Of a stretch of DNA of 47,370 bases, positions 12,123 through 24,708 are shown piece after piece (the first letter of the stretch is position 1; every line of letters starts with the position of its first letter). The DNA comes from Octopus bimaculoides. Taxonomy: Eukaryota. A model generated the notes under the pieces. That model was not told where the DNA came from. It did not search any database and saw only the letters and a program-made list of their open reading frames with translations. Position numbers and translations under genes: made by a program. Location of the stretch: assembly GCF_001194135.2 (NCBI RefSeq), contig NC_068996.1:46758303-46805672 (forward strand), in the 5' to 3' direction.

Positions 12123-12499
12123 TACTCTTTTACTTGTTTCAGTCATTTGACTGCGGCCATGCTGGAGCACCGCCTTTAGTCGAGTAAATCGACCCCAGGA
12201 CTTATTCTTTGTAAGCCTAGTACTTATTCTATTGGTCTTTTGCCAAACCACTAAGTTACAGGGATGTAAATACACCAGCATCGGTTGTCAAGTGATGTTG
12301 AGGGGACACACACACACATATATATATACATATATACGACAGGCTTCTTTCAGTTTCCATCTACCAAATCTACTCACAAAGCTTTGGTCGGCCCAAGGCT
12401 ATAGTAGAAGACACTTGCCCGAGGTGCCACGCAGTGAGAATGAACCCAGAACCATGTGGCTGGTAAGCAAACTTCTTACCACACAGCCACTCCTGCGCC
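12123..12499 (-). mobile_element. Full-length SINE family A copy
   Basis: The reverse complement starts ggcgcaggagtggctgtgtggtaag and ends gactgaaacaagtaaaagagta, collinear with 24303-24660. Confidence 0.9.
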
Positions 12500-12846
12500 T
12501 GTAAAAAACAAATAGTACTAGGGTTGATTCATTTAACGAAAAATTCAAAGTGGTGCCCCAGCATGGCTGCAGTCTAGTGACTGAAACGAGAGATAAGATA
12601 TATGACCCAAGATTTTTTAAGACATTCTTTTGGGGGTGGGGAATGCATCTTAAATTCCATCAAATATTTGTCTTGACATTTAACAGCACTATAACCATCA
12701 CTGGGCCTAAGTCATAGTACCGCATTATCCAATCTTATAATGTTACAACTATTATTATGCCTTCTGGAGAAACAGAATTTTGAATCTCTTTCATATTGAA
12801 TTTCATTATTTTCATGTTCCACTTTCTATTTCATATCTGTTTCCAG

Positions 12847-12993
12847 GGAATGATGTCGAAGAGAGGCACCCGTGTTGCAACATGGAAGGAGAGATTCTTT
12901 GTGTTGAAGCCAGCATGTTTGTTATATTACACAGGACCAGACCAAAAAGAAATGAAAGGGTCCATCGATATCAACAACTCATGTGCTGTTGTG
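12847..12993 (+). CDS. SWAP70: SWAP70/DEF6-family exon A (PH domain, N-terminal half), phase 0/0
   Basis: Acceptor tttcatatctgtttccAG and donor GTAAGT at 12994. Translates GMMSKRGTRVATWKERFFVLKPACLLYYTGPDQKEMKGSIDINNSCAVV, a PH beta1-beta4 pattern (G..K.G....W..R.FVL) resembling my recollection of SWAP70/DEF6. The symbol is at family level because SWAP70 and DEF6 cannot be distinguished here. Confidence 0.9.
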
Positions 12994-13208
12994 GTAAGTT
13001 ACTGCAAGCTAAAGTGGCGCTTTACCATTTTGAAATTGAAACCAACTGAAACCACTTCTGGTCTCACAATACAAAAAAAACAACCTGTTTTAAAGTATTC
13101 ATATTAAAATTGAAAGCTTCTGTCATAATCTTGTGTAGGAATCTTTTATCAAAGTTAGGTTTCAAATGAACATATTCTTCTTATTTTTAAAATCTTCATT
13201 GTTTGCAG

Positions 13209-13308
13209 CCCACACAAGAAAAAACTTGTAGATTTATAATACGGACGAAAATCAAAGATTATGAGTTGAATGTCAGTGATATGAAATCAAAGAATGAATG
13301 GATTACAG
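13209..13308 (+). CDS. SWAP70: SWAP70/DEF6-family exon B (PH domain, C-terminal half), phase 0/1
   Basis: Acceptor tcttcattgtttgcAG and donor GTAAGA at 13309. Translates PTQEKTCRFIIRTKIKDYELNVSDMKSKNEWIT+G, including the PH C-terminal helix with the conserved Trp (EWI). Confidence 0.9.
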
Positions 13309-13419
13309 GTAAGAATTTTTTTAATAAGTGTGTCTTTTTATTCTTATTACCATGGCTAAGGTGGTGGGCTGATAAAATCATTACTGCACCTACTAAATCT
13401 TAGCGGCAAGCCTTGAAGA

Positions 13420-13740
13420 ATTTTAGTCAAACAAATCAACCCCAGTGCTTATTTTTTTAAAGCCCAATATTATTCTGTCGGTCTGTTTTTTCTGAACTAC
13501 TAAGAGGGGATGCAAACACCCCAACTCTGGTTTTCAAGTGGTGGTAGAGGGCAGACGTACTTATACACACACACACACATGCGCATGACAGGCTTCTTTC
13601 AGTTTCTGTCTTCCAGATCTACTCTTAAGGCATTGTTCAGTATGGTGTTTTGGTAGAAGACCCTTGCTCAAGGTGCCACACAGTGGGACTGAACTTGGAA
13701 CCATGTGATTGGGAAGCAAACTTCTTCCCACACAACCAGT
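13420..13740 (-). mobile_element. SINE family A copy
   Basis: Same motifs in reverse orientation (ggcttctttcagtttc...gggactgaacttggaaccatgtg). Confidence 0.8.
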
Positions 13741-13821
13741 TTTAGCTGAGCAATTGCTTTCATACAATTCTTTATTTTACTTGGGGATGCAAGTTCAAAT
13801 CATGTATCCACCTAGGTCATC

Positions 13822-14550
13822 ATCATCATAGTTTAACGTCCGCTTTCCATGCTGGCATGGGTTGGACAATTTGACTGAGGACTGGCGAGCCAGATGGCTG
13901 CTCCAGGCTCCAATCTGATCTGGTTGAGTTTCTACAGCTGGATGCTCTTCCTAATGCCAACCACTTTGAGTTTATAGTGGGTGCTTTTAGTGTAGTGTTG
14001 TGGGTGCTTTTACGTGCCACCGGCATGAGGGCCAGTCAGGCAGTACTGGAAATGGCCATGCTCAAATGGTGTTTTTACGTGCCACCTGCACAGGAGCCAG
14101 TCCAGCAGCACTGGCAACGACCTCGCTTGAATATTGTTTTTCATGTGCCACCGGCACAAGTACCAGTAAGGGTTCGCTGGTAACGATTACACTCGAATGG
14201 TGCTTTTTACGTGCCACCGGCATGGGAGCCAGTCAGCAGCCCTGGCAATGATCACACTCGATGGTGCTCTTAGCGCTCCACTAGCACGGATGCCAGTCAT
14301 GCAGTGCTGTCATTGAATTTGATTTCGATTTCACTTGCCTCAACAGGTCTTTGCAAGCAGAGTTTAGTGTCCAATGAAGGAAACATACACATAAGTGGGC
14401 TGGTTACACTCCTGGCATAGGCCATGGGTTATGGTCTCACTTGGCTTGCCGGGTCTTCTCAAGCACAGCATATTTCCAAAGGTCTCTGTCACTAGTCATT
14501 GCCTCAGTGAGGCCTAATGTTCGAAGGTCGTGCTTCACCACCTCGTCCCA
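13822..14550 (-). mobile_element. RTE-type LINE 3' end/UTR with internal ~65-nt repeats
   Basis: catcatcatcatagtttaacgtccgctttccatgctggc tail and repeated gctttttacgtgccaccggca units. It ends in cgaaggtcgtgcttcaccacctcgtccca, whose reverse complement encodes WDEVVKHDLR, an RTE ORF C-terminus. Confidence 0.8.
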
Positions 14551-14879
14551 GAATTCCACCCAATATTGACAAACTTAATGGCACTTAGGTAATTGTTCCT
14601 AAAGAAGTTCTTAGACCAGAAATCTTCCCGAAAAGGACTTTAGAGGACTACATCAACCTCGGTACTTGTCTTGTACTTTATAGACCTCAGGAGGATGACA
14701 AGCAAAGTTAACCTTCCCAGGATTTGAACACAAAATATTTAAATCAAAGTCTGAAGGAATAATGTTATGTATCTTGTCTGATGTTCTTTAATGATTTGGC
14801 CCATGCAGTCTCGTTATCCTCTATGTAATAGCAACAAATTGGGGCTGTACCTTCTGGATTTATTTTTTTGTTTTTAGTG

Positions 14880-15220
14880 GCTTAGTGGTAAGAATCTTGT
14901 TTTCCAATCACATGGTTTTTAGTTCTAATCCCACTGTGTGGTACCTTGCACAAGTGTCTTCTATAGCCTCGGGCTGACCAAAGCCTTGTGAGTGGATTTG
15001 GTAAATGGAAACTAAAAGAAGCCCATCGTGTGTGTATGTGTGCATATATATGTATATATGGCTGTAAGGTTAGTAGTTTGCTTCCCAACCACATGGCTGC
15101 AGTTTCAGTTCCAATGCATGACACTGTGGCCAAGTGTCTTCTACAGTTAGGCCTTAGGCTGACCAAAGCATTGTGAGTGGATTTGGTAGATAAAAACTGA
15201 AAGTAGCCAATCACACACAC
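14880..15220 (+). mobile_element. Two tandem SINE A 5' halves
   Basis: The segment accacatgg...cccactg...gtgtcttcta...ccaaagc.ttgtgagtggatttggta occurs twice. Confidence 0.75.
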
Positions 15221-16059
15221 ATGTATAGTTGGGCCTTACAGAGGCAATGATCGAGACCTTCAGCATTGTTGTGCTTGAAAAGATCCATCAAGCTGAGCAA
15301 AAATTGTAATTGTGGTAGATACTGGTGTCACACAAATGACACCTGTGACGGTGGCATGTAAACGCACCCATTACATTCTTGGAGTGGTTGGCATTAGGAT
15401 GGGTATCCAGCCGTAGAAACCATGTCAAATCAAACTGGAGTCTGGTGCAGCCTTCCAGCCTACCAGCCCTGGTCAAACCTTTCAACCCATGACAGCATGG
15501 ACAATGGACGTTAAATGATGATGATATATTTGCGTCTTTGTGTCTGTATTTATCCCCCACCACCACCACCACTTGACAACCAGTGCTGGTGTGTTTACGA
15601 TGCCGTAACTTAGCAATATGGCAAAAGAGACTTATTGAATAAGTACCAGGCTTAGAAGAAAGACAGAAAAAAAAAAAAGAAATACTGGGGTCAGTGCATT
15701 TGAGTAAAAATTCTTCAAGGCAGTGCCCCAAAATGGTCGCAGTCTAAGGACTGAAACAAGTAAAAGATAAAAAAGAAATTTTTAAACAAGAATTTATTAA
15801 ATAACTGAACCAGGGTATGTGTGGTAGTCCTAACACAGCACCCAGTTTAACAACAGCTTGGCTGTTTTAGTAGACTTCACTCAGTTTCAAATATTCTGAT
15901 CATGTTTCCTCTTGCCTGCAGATATCTTGATATCAAGATTTTTTTCCTATTGCAACCCAAATGTTTAACCAGACAATAAATAAATAAATAAAACAAAAAA
16001 CATATTAACCAAAAAAAAAATACTTACTTTCTTCTTTTTTTTTTGTTTTATTCTTTCAT

Positions 16060-16257
16060 TCTTTTACTTGTTTCACTCATTTGACTGCGGCCATGCTGGA
16101 GCACTGCCTTAAAGGGTTTTAGTCGAATAAATCGACTTCAGGACTTATTCTTTGTAAGCTTAGTATTTATTCTATCAGTCACTTTTGCTGAACCGCTAAG
16201 TTACAGGAACGTAAATACTCAAAATCGGTTGTCAAGCGATGGTGGGAGGGAAAAGCA

Positions 16258-16298
<41 letters not shown>

Positions 16299-16442
16299 CG
16301 AGCTTCTTTCATTTTCCATCTACCAAATCCACTCAGAAGATTTTGGTTGGCCTGAGGCTATAGTAGAAAACACTTGCCCAAGGTGCTATGCAGTGGGACT
16401 GAACCCAGAACCATGTGGTTAGGAATCATGCTTCTTGCCACA
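16060..16442 (-). mobile_element. SINE family A copy with a (CA)n core
   Basis: Full motif set in reverse orientation. Confidence 0.85.
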
Positions 16443-16929
16443 CTTGCGCAAATTTTTGGTTAATTTGAGAAAAAAAATGTGCATGGACTTAATTTTTTTG
16501 TTTGTTATTTATGCCATGTCATTTCTGATAAGATAGACATATATGAACAAAAGCATTCCCATCATGGGCCCTCTTTTTAATGATGTTGAGGTGCGATTTG
16601 AAGGGAGATTTGGTTGCTGTTTCTAGCATATTGAGTGACCATGTAGAATAGCATGAATAACTTTTATGAAACAAGGTGCATCATCTGACACGTCGCAATA
16701 CTAAAAAAAAAATTGGCAATAATTTTTCCTTAGATATATCAATCAGAAATTCCCACGAGCCACATGTGGCCTATTGGTGCAGGTTGCCCATGATGCCAAT
16801 TTGCACTTCAGATTGTAATTTTTTATTTTTGTTTATATTTGTATATTTTGGGAAGGCAGGGAAAGCAAATTCTTGTGATTGTAACCAGTCACTTCATATT
16901 CTCAACTCAAGCAATTAAGAATGTTCTTG

Positions 16930-17380
16930 CACAGGTGTGGTTGTGTGGTAAGAAGTTTGCTTCCCAACTACATGGTTCTGGGTTCAGTCCCATTGCATGA
17001 CACCTGAGCATGTCTTCTAGTATAGCCTCGAGCCAACCAAAGCCTTATGAGTGGATTTGGTGGATGATAACTAAAAGCCCATTTAATGCGTGTGTTCTCT
17101 GTTTGTCCTCCAACACCACTTGAGAACTGGTGTTGGTGTGTTATGTCCTTGTAACTTAGCTATTCAGCAAAAGAGACTGATGGAATAAGTATTGGGGTTT
17201 GTTTGACAAATTCTTCAAAGTGGTGCCCTATCATCACTGCATTCTAATGACTGAAACAAGTAAAGTATACTGGAATTGATTTGTTCAACTAACCACCTTC
17301 AAGGTGATTTGTTCAACTAAAAACCTTCAAGATGGTGCCCCAGCATGGCTACAGTCCAATAACTGAAACAAGTAAAAAAT
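16930..17380 (+). mobile_element. SINE family A copy with a duplicated 3' tail
   Basis: caggtgtggttgtgtggtaagaagtttgc...gactgaaacaagtaaa; the tail is repeated at 17270-17380. Confidence 0.8.
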
Positions 17381-17611
17381 AATAGATGAGGGTTTGGGGG
17401 TTGGGACTAAATTCACAGTATTAAAGTACATGCGATATTTATTAATGATGAGCCACTGAGAGAGCCTCCAAAAGTCGTTGAAAATGCTAAAAATGCCTAC
17501 TAAATCACCTTCAAAAATTTAATCTATTATTTTTAAATGAGACCAAGAGGAATGGTGATTTGCCATTGTTGAGAAGCCTAACCATCTTACTGTATGTCTT
17601 GGATTTTTCAG

Positions 17612-17790
17612 TTTTGCAGAAAGCAATTGACAATGATGATAAAGATATCCATTACCATCGTGATGAATTGATTAAAAGATGCCAGAATAGATGGACCAAG
17701 AAACAACAGCTGGCTGAGGAGAGAGAGCAGCAAAAAATTCGGCAGGAGTTAATCGAAATGAAATCTAGAGAATTAGAAGAAGAGAAACAG
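17612..17790 (+). CDS. SWAP70: SWAP70/DEF6-family exon C (end of PH helix, start of coiled coil), phase 1/0
   Basis: Acceptor ggatttttcAG; the first TT completes the GTT (Val) codon begun in exon B. Translates LQKAIDNDDKDIHYHRDELIKRCQNRWTKKQQLAEEREQQKIRQELIEMKSRELEEEKQ, with donor GTAAAA at 17791. Confidence 0.85.
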
Positions 17791-18758
17791 GTAAAAATTA
17801 TTTTTGTTCTATTACCCACCCACTGGTTCAAATCCCACTGGAGTTGACATTGTTTCATTCTTCTAGAGCTGATGAAATAAGTTCAAATCCCATCAAGGTT
17901 GGCTGTCTTTTGTCTTTTGGGGTTTGATAGAATAAGTATCAGTTAGATGCTGTGGTTGATTGAAAAATAACTATATCGTCTCTGCCTAGTGTGTGACCTT
18001 GTGCTAATTGCTGCAGTTGGCATTTTGGATTAATGGTCTACTAAAAAAAAAAAAAAATCTTTTCATTTTATACACACATACAAGTGCATACGAATTTCCT
18101 CCACCACCTATAATCATCTCCTGCTGCAGGCCCCGCCACTCTTCTTCATGTGCCCACCCACACTCTCTCTTTTGAACTGACATTGTAGGGTAGGTGTGAA
18201 AAGCTGAATCTGGCCTGTTTGGACACAAATCAGGCAGAATATTTCAGCTGGATACGGCTGATTTAAATGATAAAAGGTTAAAAATAAAACTCAGAGAATA
18301 TTTGGGCTAGATATACGACCAATTTAAAATCTACTATAATAATACACTTGTGTTTTTCTCTGTCACAACATATAAATGAGAAAGGAAGAAGTGATAGATG
18401 AATAAGGAAGGAAGGGGTGATGGCAAACTGGTAGTGGGAGCATTTCAACTCTGTGTGTGTGTGTGTGTGTGTGCAATGGAAGTGAGATGGTGAACAATCA
18501 ACTCTGAAAAGAAAAATCAAACAGCGTTTCAACTCTGTGTGAGTATTTGTGCGTGTATGTGTGTGTGTACGTACAAGGGAAGTATGTGCATGTTTGTATG
18601 TGAACCAGTGTTCTTTCAGTAACAAATGATGACTGATGTCACGTCTCCAAAGACAACCACCAGATAACATTGACAAGTGTATTAATTTGATTTACCATCC
18701 ATATTTATATATAAAATACTACAATTAGCTGTCATCTTTGACAGCACGGAGCCAGCTA

Positions 18759-18836
<78 letters not shown>

Positions 18837-18973
18837 TTTATTTTCTTTAGCAGAACATTTATCTGGTGTGTGTGTGTGTGTGTGTGCATGTGTTTTTCAT
18901 ACATTGGTAATGCAGATACATTTGTTTGTATGAAATTCCCATTTATTTTGAACTGACTCCCTATATTTTTCAG

Positions 18974-19119
18974 GCCAGAGCTGAAGCAGAAGCAAGGCTT
19001 CAGCTAGAGACAGCACTTAGAGAAGCTGATAAAGACCATATGAAGGAACTGGAGCAACTTCTGGAAGAAGAGAGACAAGCTAAGCGTGACGAAGAATTAG
19101 TGAGGGCTGCTCAAGCTAG
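18974..19119 (+). CDS. SWAP70: SWAP70/DEF6-family exon D (coiled coil), phase 0/2
   Basis: Acceptor ctatatttttcAG and donor GTAAGA at 19120. Translates ARAEAEARLQLETALREADKDHMKELEQLLEEERQAKRDEELVRAAQA+AG. LEEERQAKRDEELVR..QAR matches the recalled family motif [20 protein letters not shown]. Confidence 0.9.
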
Positions 19120-19199
19120 GTAAGAAATTATAGCGTACCTACACAAGTGTCCTGCACTCCAATTTTGTTTCCTCATAACTTTCAGAAAAATGGATCTTG

Positions 19200-19680
19200 C
19201 TAAGACCTGTTGGGGCAAGTGAAATCGAAATCGTGATGGCACCTGTACCAGTGGAGCACTAAGAGCACTGTCTGAACGTGATCGTTGCCAGAGCAGCTGT
19301 CTGGCTTCCGTGCCAGTGGCATGTAAATAGCACCATTCGAGCATGACCGTTACCAGCATCGCCTCACTGGCACGTGAAAAGACATTTGAACGAGGTCATT
19401 GCCAGTGCCGCTGGACTGGCTCCTGTGCAGGTGGCACATAAAATACACCATTTCGAGCATGGCCGTTGCCAGTACTGCCTGAATGGCCTTTGTACCGGTG
19501 GCACGTAAAAAGCACCCACTGTACTCACGGAGAGGTTGGCGTTAGGAGGGGCATCCAGCTGTAGAAACTCTGTCAAATCAGATTGGAGACTAGTGTAGCC
19601 ATCTGGTTCACCTGTCCTCAGTCAAATCATCTAACCCATGCTAGCATGGAAAGCGGACGTTAAATGATGATGATGATGAT
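19200..19680 (+). mobile_element. RTE-type LINE 3' tail
   Basis: Reverse counterpart of 13822-14330, ending gcatggaaagcggacgttaaatgatgatgatgatgat. Confidence 0.8.
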
Positions 19681-20389
19681 CTGAATATATACTTCAGATG
19701 GTATAGATTTCGATTGTCAGATTTGTGGGGAAAATTTTTTCTGAGGGTGAAGTGAAGAATTGCAGAAAGTTTACAAAAGTTGGATTTGATTCCTTNNNNN
19801 NNNNNNNNNNNNNNNNNNNNNNNNNNNNNNNNNNNNNNNNNNNNNNNNNNNNNNNNNNNNNNNNNNNNNNNNNNNNNNNNNNNNNNNNNNNNNNNNNNNN
19901 NNNNNNNNNNNNNNNNNNNNNNNNNNNNNNNNNNNNNNNNNNNNNNNNNNNNNNNNNNNNNNNNNNNNNNNNNNNNNNNNNNNNNNNNNNNNNNNNNNNN
20001 NNNNNNNNNNNNNNNNNNNNNNNNNNNNNNNNNNNNNNNNNNNNNNNNNNNNNNNNNNNNNNNNNNNNNNNNNNNNNNNNNNNNNNNNNNNNNNNNNNNN
20101 NNNNNNNNNNNNNNNNNNNNNNNNNNNNNNNNNNNNNNNNNNNNNNNNNNNNNNNNNNNNNNNNNNNNNNNNNNNNNNNNNNNNNNNNNNNNNNNNNNNN
20201 NNNNNNNNNNNNNNNNNNNNNNNNNNNNNNNNNNNNNNNNNNNNNNNNNNNNNNNNNNNNNNNNNNNNNNNNNNNNNNNNNNNNNNNNNNNNNNNNNNNN
20301 NNNNNNNNNNNNNNNNNNNNNNNNNNNNNNNNNNNNNNNNNNNNNNNNNNNNNNNNNNNNNNNNNNNNNNNNNNNNATATATATATATA

Positions 20390-20555
20390 TATACATATAT
20401 ACGACGGGCTTCTTTCAGTTTCCGTCTACCAAATCCACTCACAAGGCTTTGGTCGGCCCAAGGTTATAGTAGAAGACACTTGCCCAAGGTGCCACGCAGT
20501 GGGACTGAACCCGGAACCATGTGGCAAGCTACTTACCACACAGCCACTCCTGCGT
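20390..20555 (-). mobile_element. SINE family A 5' half, well conserved
   Basis: acgacgggcttctttcagtttccgtctaccaaatccactcacaaggctttggtcggccc...ccacacagccactcctgcg. Confidence 0.85.
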
Positions 20556-21084
20556 CTAGAAAATTTCTTCAAAAAATATCTTTTTATGAAAGTTATGAGG
20601 AAACAAAGGTATGCCAAAATTATTATATTGCTACTGTCACAACTCTGTCTCTTGGAGCTTGCTGGTCTTCACCCTGGCCTACTCATCACTTTTGTTACAT
20701 TTGATCCATCCATATTACTCCACCACCACCACTGCCATCACCATCACACCCAAACTAACCACTATTTCTTGTCCTAATCCAAAACATTAGTTCTCTGAGG
20801 TCTTCTTTCTGCACATATTGATTTGCAACAGTTAAGATAGAACACTAGCAGTATGAGTGTTGCCAAACATGGAGGGTTAGTAAAGGTTACATGCACTGTC
20901 TCTTTCTTCAGAATCAGCAAACGAAGAAATATACACATCAGGTACATGTGCAACTATGTGTTAAGTTTGGTTCCCAACCACGTGGTTCTGGGGTCATTTC
21001 CACTGCTTAGCAACTTGGGCAAGAGCTGTCTCCTATAGCCTCGGGCTAACCAAAGCATTGTGAGTGGATTTGGTAAATGGGAAC

Positions 21085-22135
21085 TGATACAAACACACAC
21101 ATACAAACACACACACATACAAACACACACACATACACACACACACACACATACAAACCAAACACACACATACAAACCAAACACACACACATACAAACAC
21201 ACACACATACAAACACACACACATACAAACACACACACATACAAACACACACATACAAACACACACACATACAAACACACACACATACAAACACACACAC
21301 ACATANNNNNNNNNNNNNNNNNNNNNNNNNNNNNNNNNNNNNNNNNNNNNNNNNNNNNNNNNNNNNNNNNNNNNNNNNNNNNNNNNNNNNNNNNNNNNNN
21401 NNNNNNNNNNNNNNNNNNNNNNNNNNNNNNNNNNNNNNNNNNNNNNNNNNNNNNNNNNNNNNNNNNNNNNNNNNNNNNNNNNNNNNNNNNNNNNNNNNNN
21501 NNNNNNNNNNNNNNNNNNNNNNNNNNNNNNNNNNNNNNNNNNNNNNNNNNNNNNNNNNNNNNNNNNNNNNNNNNNNNNNNNNNNNNNNNNNNNNNNNNNN
21601 NNNNNNNNNNNNNNNNNNNNNNNNNNNNNNNNNNNNNNNNNNNNNNNNNNNNNNNNNNNNNNNNNNNNNNNNNNNNNNNNNNNNNNNNNNNNNNNNNNNN
21701 NNNNNNNNNNNNNNNNNNNNNNNNNNNNNNNNNNNNNNNNNNNNNNNNNNNNNNNNNNNNNNNNNNNNNNNNNNNNNNNNNNNNNNNNNNNNNNNNNNNN
21801 NNNNNNNNNNNNNNNNNNNNNNNNNNNNNNNNNNNNNNNNNNNNNNNNNNNNNNNNNNNNNNNNNNNNNNNNNNNNNNNNNNNNNNNNNNNNNNNNNNNN
21901 NNNNNNNNNNNNNNNNNNNNNNNNNNNNNNNNNNNNNNNNNNNNNNNNNNNNNNNNNNNNNNNNNNNNNNNNNNNNNNNNNNNNNNNNNNNNNNNNNNNN
22001 NNNNNNNNNNNNNNNNNNNCACACACACATGCATACACACACACATGCATACACACACACACATGCACACACACACACGCACACACACACACGCACACAC
22101 ACACACGCACACACACACACACACACACACACTTG
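21085..22135. repeat. Compound (CATACAAACACACA)n/(CA)n microsatellite spanning a gap, inside a SINE A copy
   Basis: Directly visible. The SINE head lies at 20940-21085 and the tail at 22140-22290. Confidence 0.85.
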
Positions 22136-22593
22136 TGTGTGTGCGTCTGTGTTTGTCCCACACCATCCCTTTGATTTATTTACATTCCTGTAACTTAGCA
22201 GTTCAGCAAAATAGTCTGATAAAATAAGTACCATGCTTTAGAAATAAGTACTGAGATTCATTCATTCATTCAACTAAAAGCTTTCAAAGTGGTTCCACTG
22301 CATGGCACCTTAGTTGAGTGTCTTTTATTAATGTGCTGGATGACCAAAATCTTTGGGCCGGTTTGACTGAGAACTAGCTAGCCAAGAGGGGCTGCTCCAA
22401 TCTGATCTGACAAAATTTCTACAGTTTCTAAACCACCCACTGAAAGTGTAGTGGGTGCTTTTTATGTACCACAAGCATGGGGCCAGTCAAGCGGCGCTGG
22501 CATCAACCACGCTTGAATGGTACTTTTTACATGCCACCAGCATGGGAGTCAGTCAGGCAGTACTGGCATCCACCACGCTTGAATGGTGCTTTT

Positions 22594-22635
<42 letters not shown>

Positions 22636-24131
22636 CACACACATACACACACAAAAACACATGTGTATGTGTGTGTTTGTGTTTGCATTAGAAAAAGCAT
22701 TCTTTGTATTAGAAAAGACATCCAACTGTAGAAACCATTCCAAAGCAGACACTGGAACTTCAGTCCCAGTCCTCTCTGTCAAACTGCCCAACACATGCCA
22801 GCATGGAAAATGGACATTAAATGATGAAGTGTTTATATATATATATCTTTATATATATATGGGTTTGTGGTTAAGAATTCTGCTTCCCATCTACACAGTT
22901 TCGGGTTCAATCCTACTTTGTAATACCTTGAGCAAATGTCATCTTCTATTACCCCAGGTTGACTAAATACTTGTAAGTGGATTTGGTGGATGGAAACTGA
23001 AAGAAGCCTATCATATGTATATATGCATGTGTTTGCACACACACATATGCACATATACAGTGGATTAACAAATAAAAGAAAGCTCTTGAGACATTTAGTT
23101 GGCACATAGTTTCCTAGGCACAAAAAAAGGCCTAAAAAGAAAAAGGCCTGGGACTTGGTCTCCAGTTTGAGAATAACTCCCTTCCTCAGTTTTGGGGACC
23201 CTGATAAAAAGGCCATAGACTTTCTTTCCTACTGTTATGAAAAAATGCTACATGTCTAACTCAGCTAATCTGGGATATAATGTCAAAATTTCCACTCTCA
23301 GTTGTTCCAATTCCCAATCATATTTCTCCAGAATGCCTCCTATGTCTTTTGCTATAATAATGTATTTCTTTTTGCATAATAATCTAAAACCATGCAGTTG
23401 AGAATAGAACTTTTATTCGGTTAAGAATTTGGTTTCCCAATTGCTTAATTTTGGATTTGCTCCCACTGCATGATATCTTGGGCAAGTGTCTTGTCAGTAG
23501 ATTTGGTAGGCAGAATCTGAAAGATTAAAGCAGCGAGCTGGCAGAAATGTTAGCACACCGGGCAAAATGCTTAGCGGTATTTCGTCTGCCACTACGTTCT
23601 GAGTTCAAATTCCGCCGAGGTCGACTTTGCATTTCATCTTTTTGGGGTCGATTAAATAAGCACTGGCGTCGATATAATTGACTTAATCCGTTTGTCCCCT
23701 CTGTGTGTAGCTCCTTGTGGGCAATAAAGAAATCTGAATCTGAAAGAAGCATGTCATGTGTTTGTGTCTTTTTGTCCTGACATTATGTGGTAGCTGTAAA
23801 CAAGTTACTATCATTAAAGGGCTGTCATTCATTTCCAATCTTCTTTGTCTAAGTAAGGTAATATCTCCTCACATCCAGCCATGGAGAAATATTACCTGGC
23901 TTGAGAACAGGTAGGGTTGGTGACAGAAAGGACACCAACTGTAGAAAATTTACCTTAATGATTTCCATCTTACCCAGGTAAGTATGGAAAAATGAGCATA
24001 AAAGCAATGATGATTAATTGTAATTATCACAATTAACCCTTCTACCTCAATGATTTTCATCCTTACTCAAGCAAGCATGGAAAAGGGTATAAAAGCAATG
24101 ATGAGGAATAATTGTAATTATCACAAATTCT

Positions 24132-24708
24132 TTAACCTTTTAGCTTTTAAACTGGTCATATCTGGTCAAAATATTCTACTTGGTCAATGTTCAAAGCAAC
24201 CAGATCCAGTCCTTCACTCCTACTTTACAATATCATTCTCAAAACTTCCGAATCATCAAAATCTCAAAGCTATGAGACTGCATAATTAATTCAAAACAAA
24301 GTGAGTGGCTGTGTGGTAAGTAGCCTGCTTACCAACCACATGGTTCTGGGTTCAGTCCCACTGCGTGGCACCTTGGGCAAGTGTCTTCTACTATAGCCTC
24401 GGGCCGACCAAAGCCTTGTGAGTGGATTTAGTAGACGGAAACTGAAAGAAGCCCGTTATATATATATGTATGTGTNNNNNNNNNNGATGCTGGTGTGTTT
24501 ACGTCCCCGTAACTTAGCGGTTCGGCAAGAGACTGATAGGATAAGTACTAGGCTTCCAAAGAATAAGTCCTGAGGTCGATTAGCTCGACTAAAGGCGGTG
24601 CTCCAGCATGGCCACAGTCAAATGACTGAAACAAGTAAAAAGAGTAAAAAAAAAAGAGTATAATTAAGCATTAAATTTGATGGAGTAATCTGAATGTTAA
24701 AGGGTTAA
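24132..24708. mobile_element. TTAA-flanked piggyBac-like MITE interrupted by a SINE
   Basis: Left end TTAA-ccttttagcttttaaac (24132) and right end atgttaaaggg-TTAA (24705-24708). A related right end lies at about 18225-18282. Confidence 0.7.
24303..24660 (+). mobile_element. Near full-length, CpG-retaining SINE family A copy
   Basis: gagtggctgtgtggtaagtagc...cccgtaacttagcggttcggc...gactgaaacaagtaaaaagagta, with a 10-N gap inside. Confidence 0.9.

Noticed and set aside
17617-17619. Alternative CAG acceptor for exon C
   Set aside because: It is phase 0 and incompatible with the phase-1 end of exon B.
19641-22234. Long ORFs of 220-430 aa
   Set aside because: They are composed of N-runs and CA/TG microsatellite translations; the same applies to the long ORFs at 34231-38193 and 40470-41187.
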